From: Saprolegnia diclina VS20 | Lineage: Eukaryota | Length of the DNA: 20,000 bases | Reading direction: 5' to 3' | NCBI RefSeq assembly: GCF_000281045.1 | Contig: NW_008246087.1 | Span: 504,146 to 524,145 of the forward strand | In this document: positions 9,169 through 19,446 of the stretch, one piece after another | How the letters are laid out: the number at the start of each line of letters is the position of its first letter | Numbering within the stretch: position 1 is the stretch's first letter | Notes under the pieces: generated by a model | Told to the model about the DNA's origin: nothing | What the model saw: the letters and a program-made list of their open reading frames with translations, nothing else | Database searches by the model: none | Position numbers and translations under genes: made by a program

Positions 9169-12100
9169 CTACGGACGCTCTTCCTTGTGTGTCGGGAGCG
9201 TCGACGACGACGATGGCGTCTCGAGCGAGTCTTGCGACTTGAGCTGGCGACTGCTGTTGGAGCAAATCGAGTCGGTCGACGTCGGGTCAAACCCTTGCTC
9301 GAGCAACTCGCGGCGCTTCTCTTCCGAGCGCTTGCCGCGGATCTTCTTGACAATGGCTTGCGCGTCGCCCTCCTTGAGCGAGTCGAGGCCCTTGCGCTGC
9401 TGCTTGGAGGACGCCAGCGCCTCCATGCGCTTGCGCGTTTCGGCTTCGCGCCGCACGCGCTTCTCTTCGGCGATACGCTTGCGCTCATTGTCGCGGTCGG
9501 CGGCCGCCAGCATTTGCCCAAAGCTCACAAAGATCGAGAAGAACGAGTCCGGACCACACCCTGCCGCGTCCGGGTCTTCGCCAAACCACTGCACACACTC
9601 GTTGAACGTCTTCATCATGGCTTCAAATTCTTCCACGACCTTGGCCGACGTCGCGACCGACTTCTCCGCAAACTAGACACATATAAGAACTTGTAGTAGC
9701 ATCGACACCATCCACGTACCGGTGCAATGGCGTCCTGAAACTTGTCGTTCTCGGCAATCGACGGCAGCTTGGCGTGCAGTTCGAGCTCCGAGACGACCGT
9801 CGACGACGCCTTCTTGATCGCAGCCTCGCCCGCCTTGAGCACTTGCAGCGTCACGCGACTCGCTTCGTTGAGCGCCTCGAGCTGGTCCGTAAACGTGAGC
9901 CACTCGGGGTTCTTCTTGCGCAGCACGATCGCCAGGTAGTTGAGGAGCGTCATCGAGTTGTCGGCCGCCTTGACTTGCACGAGCTTGAGCAAAATGCTCA
10001 GCTTGAAGCCCTGCGCGCCGCCTGGATGCATACACCATGACAATCCATTCTGCAAAGCACAAGGTGCCACGTACCGCGCGGGGTGCCTTCGTTGAGCGTG
10101 TTGCCGAGTGCGAGGACAAGCTTGAGGATCTCGGGAATCGCTGCGTTGGCCTTGAGCGCCGCGCACGTCGCGTTGACACTTTCGATGAGCCGCCGTTGCT
10201 CCTAGCACGGCCCAGTCAGCAACTTGGTCCTTCCAGAGGCGCGCGATACCTCGACGTTGGCGTCAAACTGCCACGTCGCGAGCACGGCCTGGAGCCGGGT
10301 CGCGTACCGGGGCACCGATGAAATCTCCAAGTAGTACTGTTCGGCGTCGCCCAAGAGCTTGACTTCGCCCGTGTACGCCTTGACCGTCTCGAGCTCTTCG
10401 CCTTCGGGCGCAAACTGGATGAGCGCCGCAATCTTTTCGGTCGTGAGCACGTCGCGATCAATCTCGAGTACGGCGCGCTTGATCTCGGGGTACGGCAGCC
10501 GGAAGCGGGCGAGCATGATGCCTACAGGGTGATTGTCATACGGTGCGAGTCGCGACAACACACGCACCGAGGTTGTTGGCGCGCTTGGCGTCAATGAGCG
10601 CGACACGCGTCGCGACCTTCTTCTTGGCGGCCGGCTTTTTCTTTTCCTTGTCGACCGCCGGCGGCGCCGACGCGAACAGCGTCGTGAGCGAGTCGAGCTC
10701 CTTCTGGTGCTCGTCCGAGAGCCTAGTGCGCCCGACACATTGAGAATGACAAACGATACAAATAAGAATCCGTACTCGATCTTGGACCAGAGCGACGTCT
10801 CGGTGGGCGCGGCCATTGGCTCCCAGTACAAGTTGCGGAGCTTGGGCTTGGCCTTGACCTTGGCGACAAACTTGACCACGTTGACCGCCACGTTGGCGCT
10901 CAGCGGCTTGGCCACCGGCACGACGGCGTCGGGTGTTGCCAAGAGAGCCGGGTTGAGGCCCTCGGCTTGCATCTTGAGCTCGATTTGCGGCAGCGGCATG
11001 CCCATGGCCTTGAGCTTGAGGTACTTGGCGTAGTCGGGGTGGTCCTTGACGAGGACGTCGGCGGGCGGCGCGGGCGCCTCCTCTTCCTTCTCCGGGATCA
11101 GCTTGTCCGGCGTCGCGAGTAGCGACGTGTCGAGGTTCTCAGCCTTCATCTTGAGCTCAATCTGCGGCGGCGGCATGCCCATCTTCTGCAGCTTGAAGAA
11201 CTTGGCATACTTGGGATGATCCTTGACCGCCAGCATCACTGGCTGCGCAGGCGCAGCAGGTGCCTCTTCGTCCTTCTCAGGAATCATCTTGTCGGGAGTC
11301 GAGAGCAAGGTCACGTCACAGCCTTCCGCCTTCATCTTGAGCTCAATCTGCGGCGGCGGCATGCCCATCTTCTGCAGCTTGAAGAACTTGGCGTACTTGG
11401 GATGATCTTTGACCGCGATCAAGACAGGACCCGCCGGCACCGGCTCGTCCTTCTCTGGGATCATCTTGTCGGGTGTCGACAGCAACGAGACATCGCAGCC
11501 TTCCGCCTTCATCTTGAGCTCGATTTGGGGTGGCGGCATGCCCATCTTCATGAGCTTGAAGAACTTGGCGTACTTGGGGTGATCCTTGACCGCAACCATG
11601 TCCGGGCCAGCCGGTGCCGGCGCCTCTTCTTCCTTCTCCGGGATCATCTTGTCGGGNNNNNNNNNNNNNNNNNNNNNNNNNNNNNNNNNNNNNNNNNNNN
11701 NNNNNNNNNNNNNNNNNNNNNNNNNNNNNNNNNNNNNNNNNNNNNNNNNNNNNNNNNNNNNNNNNNNNNNNNNNNNNNNNNNNNNNNNNNNNNNNNNNNN
11801 NNNNNNNNNNNNNNNNNNNNNNNNNNNNNNNNNNNNNNNNNNNNNNNNNNNNNNNNNNNNNNNNNNNNNNNNNNNNNNNNNNNNNNNNNNNNNNNNNNNN
11901 NNNNNNNNNNNNNNNNNNNNNNNNNNNNNNNNNNNNNNNNNNNNNNNNNNNNNNNNNNNNNNNNNNNNNNNNNNNNNNNNNNNNNNNNNNNNNNNNNNNN
12001 NNNNNNNNNNNNNNNNNNNNNNNNNNNNNNNNNNNNNNNNNNNNNNNNNNNNNNNNNNNNNNNNNNNNNNNNNNNNNNNNNNNNNNNNNNNNNNNNNNNN

Positions 12101-15100
12101 NNNNNNNNNNNNNNNNNNNNNNNNNNNNNNNNNNNNNNNNNNNNNNNNNNNNNNNNNNNNNNNNNNNNNNNNNNNNNNNNNNNNNNNNNNNNNNNNNNNN
12201 NNNNNNNNNNNNNNNNNNNNNNNNNNNNNNNNNNNNNNNNNNNNNNNNNNNNNNNNNNNNNNNNNNNNNNNNNNNNNNNNNNNNNNNNNNNNNNNNNNNN
12301 NNNNNNNNNNNNNNNNNNNNNNNNNNNNNNNNNNNNNNNNNNNNNNNNNNNNNNNNNNNNNNNNNNNNNNNNNNNNNNNGGGTCAGCCACCAGCTTCGCC
12401 GGATCACTGAGGATGCTCGGGTCGACGCCTTCCGACTGCATCTTGAGCTCGACCTGCATCGCCGGCATGCCCATCTTCATGAGCTTGAAGAACTTGGCGT
12501 ACTTGGGGTGCTCCTTGATCGGGATCATGGCCGGACCCGCGGGGGCCGCCGGTGGCACGTCGACGGGCAACTGCTTGTCGGGTGTGTCAAGCATCGACGC
12601 GTCGACGCCTTCGCTGGAGGCCTTGAGCTTGACGTGCTCGAGCGGCATACCCATTTTGAGCAACTTGAAAAACTTGGCAAACGTCGGGTGCTCACTCGCC
12701 TGGACCGTCGTCGGCGCCGGCGCCGGTGCCGTCGTCGTCATGGTGGGTGGCGGCAACGGCTTGCCATCGTCGTCGACAAACATACCCGGCTGCTCGAGGA
12801 CACTCGCATTCATCCCGTCGGCTTGCATCTTCATCTGGACTTGGAAGAGCGGCATGCCCATCTTCTGGAGCTTAAAGTACTTTTGAAGCGCAGGCGACGC
12901 GTCCGCGCGGGTGCCGGCGACCGGCGTCAGCATTTGGAGGCCCGTACTGAGCCCCATCGTGCGTTGGATCTCGACCAGCGACACGCCCTTTTGCAGCATA
13001 TTTACGACCTTGGCCCGGAACGCACTCTCGGCGCTCTCTTCAGGGTCCGCGACCGAGTTGTCGTCGTCGTCGTCGTCATCGGACGTCGTGAGTTCGTCGC
13101 TGAGCTCATCGTGCGGCGCGCGGTTGCGAAGGAGCTCGATCGGGCCCATGGGAAAGCTGCTTGTTGAGAGCTCGGGCGCCGTCTCCATGAGGTACGCCGT
13201 AAACTTGTCGCGGGCGCTCAAGAGCCGCTTCCGGTCGTCAAAGCTGAGCTCGTACCGGCGCACTTCGTCGACGGGCGAGAGAAGCGCAATTTCCTTCGTG
13301 ACGCGCTCGCACATGGCCCACATCTCCTTGCCGAGCACTTGGTCGGCCGGGATGAAGAGCAATTGCTGGAGGATCGAGAGGAAGCAGTTGCGCAGCTCTT
13401 CGTCGAGCACAACGCGCGTCATGATGGACGCCACGACGCTGTCGAGCGACGAGAGGTCCGTCGTGCCGTACAGCGTGTTCTTGCGGTCGTCCTCCATAAA
13501 GACTTCAAACACCTCCATCTGCCGCTCCATGTTGTCCAGCTGCTCGCGAATTTGGAGTTCGGTCGCAGAGAGCGCACTCGGGTCATCTTCGTCGCTCTCG
13601 GAACCGCTGCCGTCGTCCAAGCCAAACGACGGCGACTCGGCCCACGGGTCGTTCACCGGTCCACTCGAATGGACGGGCGACTCGACCGACACGAGCGGCT
13701 CGGGCAGCGCAGCCTTCTTGCCCGCGACGCCAATCTTGACGGTGGGCGGAAGCCCAGGTACCGACGTCTGCCGCACGGCCGGCGATGGCGGCGGGAGGCT
13801 CAGCGACGGTGGACGCATGCCCGGTGACGGCAAGTACGATCCCGGCGACGGCAGACCTTGCGAGCTCTGACGCCCCATGACCGGTGGCGGCGGCGTCGAG
13901 GGCTTGGCCACCGGGGACATGGGCGGGGTCGACGGCTTGGGTTTCTTCTTCTTGCTCTTCTTGATCGGGTCCTTGATCGTGCCAGCCTTGGCGTACATGG
14001 CCATGCTCTTCATGCGGATCTCCTCGAAGTACTCGCTGATGCCGAGTGCGACAAAGTCCTGTCGGATCTCAATGCGGCTCTCGACGCGGAGACCCTTGTT
14101 GACGAGGATGTTGATGAAGCTGAGCACGTCTTCTTTGAAAAGCAAGTTGTAGCGCGTCGACTTGAGCGCGTCACGGAGGCACGTGAACCGGATCATCTCG
14201 CCTTTGACCTCCTTGTAGTTGCTAAAGCTGTGCACGACGCTTTGGTGGCCTTCGGCGCTGTTGTAGCAAATGATGCCGAGCACTTGGAGCGTGATCTTCT
14301 TGACGTCGCTGCTCTCGGTGTGGAAGCAGAGCGCGAGGCGGTCGACGAGCCCGAGCGTGCTCGTGATCGCGTCAATGCCACTGGCAAAGTGCGAGAGCGA
14401 CAGCAAAATGCGGATAATGTTTTCGCAAAACCGGCTCGCTTTCTCAAAGCTCTTGTAGTGGTGCTCAATTGAGAACGGCGACGGCTCGGGCATCTTCATT
14501 GTGAGGTAGTCGAGACCGTACGAGACGACAAACTGGTCGGTCCACTCGGCCGTGCTCGACGCGATCTTGCGGTGCAGCGTCTCGAGGAGTGCGAGGCCCT
14601 TGTTGTCCCAATGCAGCTCGACGAGCGCCTCGGCGATCTTGATCGCGTCGGCAATGTAGCCCTGGCTGCTCTCGTCGTTCTCGTGCTGCTTGGCCGACCA
14701 CACAATGCTCCACTTGTTCTCCAAGCTCTCGATGCGCACGAGCTCGTCGAGGACGTCTTCCGGCACGTTGCGCTTCATGAGCAGCTCGCGGTACATGTCG
14801 TTGACAATGTCGGGCGCTGGCAACGGCGGCATGTCGACCTTCTTGGCCTTACTCTCGGTCGACGTCGGCAGCCGGTCTTTGAAGAAACCACGAAAGTAGT
14901 TGAGCTTGTCCTGGAACGACCCGTCTTGGGCCGAGGCGGACGTGATGGTCGGGGGCGGCGGCGCCGTTGTCATCGAATGCGCCGTCGACGACGACAAGCC
15001 CGGGAGGCTCATGCTCGCGGCGCGGAGAAAGCCCGAGAAACCCTTGGGTTTCGCGGGCTCGGCGTCCTGCACCTCGGGCTCGCGCTTGAACTCGAGCCGC

Positions 15101-15582
15101 AGTGGCCACGCCATCGGGTTGTCCTGCAGCTGCGCGGCCAAGTCGACGATCGCGTCGAACGGCATGTCGTCGACCTTGGTATCGTGGAGCTGCACGAGAA
15201 TGTCCTTCTCCTTGACCCGCCCCGTGCTCTGCGATACTGGTGAGAATATGAGAGGACGATGCGACCGTCTACCTCGATGTAGCCCTTCTTGCCATGGCGG
15301 TTGGGCTTGAAACCCTTGACGACGGCGCCACGCTGCGGGTGGACGTTGGCTGAGAAGCGCGCCTTGAGGTCGAGTCCGAGCGGCCCGCGCTCGGGCACCT
15401 CGACCGTGAAGACGAGCGCGCGCTGGCCCGAGCCCGTGCTCGAGTAGATGCTGCGCAAGGCTGCGGTCGCCGCCGTCGAGCCGCCCTCGGCGTTCCCACT
15501 GCTCGAGTTGGATCTCCTCCTACGCCAAGTGCACCTTGCTCATCTTGCTCGTCCTCGATGCATGCACGTACAGGTAGTTCAT
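9169..15582 (-). CDS. Formin: PDZ-like, GBD/FH3, CCDC53/WASHC3-like repeat array, FH2, putative DAD; spans an assembly gap
   Basis: Exons 15582-15572, 15519-15273, 15228-10776 (contains N gap), 10722-10568, 10521-10250, 10201-10075, 10021-9720, 9672-9169, all GT-AG introns of 44-53 nt. FH2 motifs: LRNLYWE, SLWSKI, LIDAKRANNLGIMLARF, LALGNTLNEGTPRGGAQGFKLSILLKL..KAADNSMTLLNYL, WFGED..FFSIFVSF. FH3-like: LSFINILV..RIEIRQDF, QMEVFE, FLSILQQLL. PDZ-like: GPLGLDL..GAVVKGF..GRVKEKDILVQLHD..WPLRLEFKR. Confidence 0.92.
10925..12895 (-). repeat. Tandem ~180-bp (~60 aa) coding repeats, KDHPKYAKFFKLxKMGMPxxQIELKMxAEGxDxxLLxTPD; 7 complete copies visible plus one partial
   Basis: Three copies at about 12380-12895 and four at about 10925-11600, with a partial unit tail at the gap edge. 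DNA periods on the lower-coordinate side are about 183, 177 and 186 bp and the copies are near-identical. Confidence 0.93.
11657..12379. other. Assembly gap (723 N) inside the formin repeat array
   Basis: Run of N. Both flanks end within repeat units or their linkers. Confidence 0.99.
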
Positions 15583-15878
15583 GACCCTGCCCCGCCGGAA
15601 CGAAAGTCAATGACGTATCCAGGCCGCCCCAGACTCCCGCTTGGTCGTGTTTCAAACACCCATCTGTACTTGAACTTGTGCTTTGTATTTGTTTTGTATA
15701 TTGAAAACAACAGATCTGTATAAAACAGTGCGAAGTTTTGGCCCACTAACTTGACATTTGTATGGTGCGCAAAAGGTCGGATCGGTGCCGGTTCAACGCA
15801 GCTCTATGCTATAAGAACCAGTTTATGGCTGACCTCACGACAGGAGATGGTCAGCGGGCAGCCGCGCTTCACCCACCG

Positions 15879-15919
15879 GTACGCCAGCTATGTACGCCAG
15901 CTATGCACGCCAGCTATGT
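15879..15919. repeat. 13-bp minisatellite x3 (gtacgccagctat)
   Basis: gtacgccagctat gtacgccagctat gcacgccagctat gt, about 300 bp upstream of the formin start. Confidence 0.85.
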
Positions 15920-16876
15920 GATAAACCAACTGCATTTTTGCAAGCCCCGACCACCTTGAAGATAGATCTATGGACCACAATCGCCAGTGGTTCTAGAACC
16001 CGCCTTTCTCCCGATCGCTGCGATCGAACGCACGTAGGAGTAGGTGCGCTCCGCTACGATGAGCGTGACTTTGGTTGGGCATGCACCCTCTTGGACCTCG
16101 TCGAACCGAGGTGCAGGAGGTGGCGGCTCGGTGCAAAGTGGCCGGTGCGGCGACGGGAGCTGTCGCATTTTGGCCAATCCATGCGCTTGCGTTTAGAAAC
16201 ACAGACTACGATTGGTGCCTGCGAAAGATTTATTGGGCGGGATGGGCGAGCCAGCGTTCGACGCGGCGCACCTACGCTAGCGCTACCGTACGAACGAACT
16301 AGTAACTCGCTTTGCTTGTACGAGTACTTGACCATGGCTCCTCCAACGTACTGTATCCGACATGTACTGATATCCCATGGACATTATTGTCGACGAGGCC
16401 AGTTTGAGGGCGAGGACGGCGATGCATCGAGAGCCTGTGGCGTTGCACCTTGCCGGTGCGAATGACTTTGACGCAGCTGAGCAACGCAGCTGAACGACGC
16501 TAGGTCGCGTGCGCCGTCAGCCACCTAGAAGCAAGTTGCACCTTCCACGTGGCACTGTGGGCAAGCACGAGATCGGACACGTGGCAGCATCAGCGGCCAG
16601 CACGACGTTAGCGCGCGTTTGGTTGACAAGGCGTCGATCCTGCCTCGTTGCCGAACCCTCGAGACGCACAATGGGGCCAGTGCTGTATCATGCACATGCT
16701 GTCCACAGCATGACACACGCACCTTCTCGTGCGATGATGGTCCGTGGCGTCTTCCATAATCGGTGGTCGACATGGCTTGTCTTCGTAGTTGGGTGAGCAT
16801 GACCCAACAACGATCGTCGGCGTCTTCCTTGGACGCCGACGATCCAAGCGCAACACGCTGTGTACCACTGTCCTTG

Positions 16877-17836
16877 TTAATAAATACTCGAGCGGGGTGG
16901 CCGCTTCTTCTTCGCGCCTTGTGTCGGCGCCGACGCCTCGGACCGGCGCCACTCGCGAGGTGTCGTCCAGAGCGCTTTAAAGAACCGGCCGACGTGGTCG
17001 CCGATCTCAAAGAACCGGAGGCCGTCGCGTACATAGGGGTGCTTCATGACGGTCTTCATCGCTGGTCGGCGCTTCGGGTCGACATCGAGGAGCTTCTTGA
17101 GGAGGTGGAGGCAGTCCTTGCTCACGACGTGGTCAAGCTTCCAGCCGCGGAGGACGCCAACGAGGCCATGCGCCTGCACGTAGCGGAAGACGCTGTCGCT
17201 GTCGTCGGCGCGGCCAAAGAGCGGGCAGCCCGTGAGCATGATGAAGAGCATAATGCCAAGCGCCCACACGTCGGCCTTGTCGGGTGCGTAGCCGCCAGGC
17301 AAGAGCATCTCGGGCGCCATGTAGATGCGCTTCCCGACCGGCGTCAGCTTGCGCGCGGCTGTCGGCGACGCGAGGCCAAAGTCGCCGACCTTGCAGTTGA
17401 AGGTCGCGTCGACAAATACGTTTTCGAGCGAGAGGTCGCAGTGCGCAAAGCCGCGCTCGTGCATAAAGGCCACGGCGGTCGCGATCTGGATGAAGCAGTC
17501 GTGCGCGCGCGTCGGCTGGAAGCGCTGCGAAGGCTGTCGCTGGAGCTCCTGGAACAGCTCGCCGCGCGGACAGTACTCCATGACAAAGTGGTCATAGCCG
17601 TCGGCGCAAAAGGTCTCGTGGAGCGCAACAATGTGCGCGTGGGCAAGGAGCCCGTGCACGTGCTTCTCCATGGTCGCGTCCTCGGCGACGAGGCGGCCGT
17701 CGTCGACCGACCGGCGCTCGGCGGCCGCGCGCAGGTCGAGCCGCTTGACGACGACCCGCTGCGTACTGTCGCGACAAAGCAGCACGCGGCCGTACAAGGC
17801 ATGCGCAAGCTCGCGCTCGACGAGGTAGTTCTTCAT
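16877..17836 (-). CDS. Intronless CAMK-like Ser/Thr protein kinase (non-RD, HCDLSLEN)
   Basis: MKNYLVERELAHALYGRV..VVVK..MEYCPRGELF..HCDLSLENVF..KVGDFGLA..GKRIYMAPE..DVWALGIMLFIMLTG..LLDVDPKRRP..HPY. ATG at 17836, 319 aa. Confidence 0.92.
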   Translation of the reverse strand: MKNYLVERELAHALYGRVLLCRDSTQRVVVKRLDLRAAAERRSVDDGRLVAEDATMEKHVHGLLAHAHIVALHETFCADGYDHFVMEYCPRGELFQELQRQPSQRFQPTRAHDCFIQIATAVAFMHERGFAHCDLSLENVFVDATFNCKVGDFGLASPTAARKLTPVGKRIYMAPEMLLPGGYAPDKADVWALGIMLFIMLTGCPLFGRADDSDSVFRYVQAHGLVGVLRGWKLDHVVSKDCLHLLKKLLDVDPKRRPAMKTVMKHPYVRDGLRFFEIGDHVGRFFKALWTTPREWRRSEASAPTQGAKKKRPPRSSIY

Positions 17837-18543
17837 GCGGAACAGCGAATCACCAACTGGCAACTGCACGAATAGAGTGAGTGCTCACATGCGACGGTGG
17901 CACTTGAAGCTGACCCGACCACTCGCGTCCACGATGCGACCAGCAATGGCTTCGGGACAGTCCAACGATTACTACCTGCGAGCCTGTCGTATGTAGGGAA
18001 CCTCATGTGGGAAGCTTTGACGACGGACTCCTTCCCGTAGCGTATCTGAAGCGCCTCCAAGCGCCAACCTCAGCCCACCTCGTCATCACCGACGCCTGTT
18101 CATGTAACGCGGATTTTTGCGAAATGTACCGTACGTAACCAGCACTTGAACAGATTTGCTGGAGCGGCTGGACGAGCCGCGTTCGAAGGTGGCTCAGCGT
18201 ACCGGTAGTGGGCCTCGTAAGTAGAGAAGCAGAGTGACTAGTGCCACGATGGCCCAATACAATAGATCCTGGCATCTTCGGTACCGTGTCCTTCTAGACA
18301 GGTCGCCGCCCACTTGTTGAAGCGCATTGCTTCCGTCGCGCTGCCGCGTCGCCAGAGGCGCGTCCGATTTTGCTTGCGCGTCACGCGTCGCCCCTGCATC
18401 GACGTCACCTTTGTGTAGGTTATGTTGCATCTGTTGCATCGCTAGCACCCATGTAATATCCAACTGCCATCGACAATATGTGCATTTTCACTGCAAAAAT
18501 AGTTGTAAATACGTCGACTAGTCAAATTTCTTCGATCGAAAAA

Positions 18544-19446
18544 TTACCCGCCACGACGTTGAAAGAGACTCGCCAAGAGCCGGCGAACCCGCGGAAACCG
18601 CTGCAGGCGCGAGCCACAGGGCGCTGCCGCGACGTAGGGGTGCGCTACCACCGTGGCCATGGTCGGCCGTCGCGCCGGGTCCACCGAGAGCATCTGCGAG
18701 AGGAGGTCGAGGAGGGCCGGCGCCACAACGTCGGCGACTTTCCAGCCGTCCAGAATTTGCTCCAGTCGGTTGGTCGTCGCGTGGATGTAGAACCGGTAGA
18801 CGCCGTCGGCTGTCGTCGCCTTTTGAAAGAGCGGCGCGCCCGTGAGCATAATGAAGACCATGATACCGAGCGCCCACACGTCGGCCTTCTCGGGGTCGTA
18901 GCCGTCGGGCGTGAACATCTCTGGTGCCATGTAGAAGAACTTGCCACCACCGACCACGCGCGTCCCATGCAATGGCGCCGCGAGGCCAAAGTCGCCGAGC
19001 TTGCACTGTCCGTGAGCGTCGAGGAAGACGTTTTCGAGCGAGAGGTCGCCGTGGGCGTACCCCTGCGCGTGCATGTAGGCGACAGCGCGCGCGATTTGAC
19101 CAAAGAAGCGGTGCGCCTCCGTCGCCGGCAACTTGTGTAATTTCTGCACATGCGAGAAGAGGTCGCCGCGAGGGCAGTACTCCATGACCAAGTGGTCAAA
19201 GTCACCGAGAGCAACGGTCTCGTGCGCCATCACAAGGTGCTCGTGCGAGAGCGCGAGGTGCACCATCTTTTCAAACGCAAAGTTTTCGGACACGGCGTGC
19301 TGGGCGTCCCAGGACCGACGCGCGTTGGCCGCGGCCACTTGAACACGCTTGACGACGACGCGGCGCTTGGCGCGGCGGTCGTAGCAGAGGAGGATCTTGC
19401 CAAAGATGGCGTTCGCGAGCTCGCGCTCAATTGTATAGCGTTCCAT
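18544..19446 (-). CDS. Intronless CAMK-like Ser/Thr protein kinase (non-RD, HGDLSLEN), paralog of the neighbour
   Basis: MERYTIERELANAIFGKI..VVVK..MEYCPRGDLF..HGDLSLENVF..KLGDFGLA..GKFFYMAPE..DVWALGIMVFIMLTG..MLSVDPARRP..HPY. ATG at 19446, 300 aa. Confidence 0.92.
   Translation of the reverse strand: MERYTIERELANAIFGKILLCYDRRAKRRVVVKRVQVAAANARRSWDAQHAVSENFAFEKMVHLALSHEHLVMAHETVALGDFDHLVMEYCPRGDLFSHVQKLHKLPATEAHRFFGQIARAVAYMHAQGYAHGDLSLENVFLDAHGQCKLGDFGLAAPLHGTRVVGGGKFFYMAPEMFTPDGYDPEKADVWALGIMVFIMLTGAPLFQKATTADGVYRFYIHATTNRLEQILDGWKVADVVAPALLDLLSQMLSVDPARRPTMATVVAHPYVAAAPCGSRLQRFPRVRRLLASLFQRRGG

Noticed and set aside
9138..9521. 127-aa Arg-rich minus-strand ORF
   Set aside because: Alternative frame of the last formin exon. 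The true frame ends at 9169.
10925..12895. Regularly spaced DNA repeats as a CRISPR array or mobile element
   Set aside because: Units are ~180 bp, in frame and protein-coding inside a spliced eukaryotic gene. No cas or transposase genes are present.
11216..13167. Long ORFs running through the N run, and an apparent frameshift in the formin
   Set aside because: Artefacts of translating N. The gap length is an estimate, so the frame offset is not evidence of a pseudogene.
16763..17875. 370-aa plus-strand ORF, and similar long antisense ORFs over the formin and Cys-rich gene (e.g. 12911-13870, 7104-8129)
   Set aside because: Antisense shadows of high-GC3 coding sequence. They carry no motifs, and the opposite strand encodes clear proteins.
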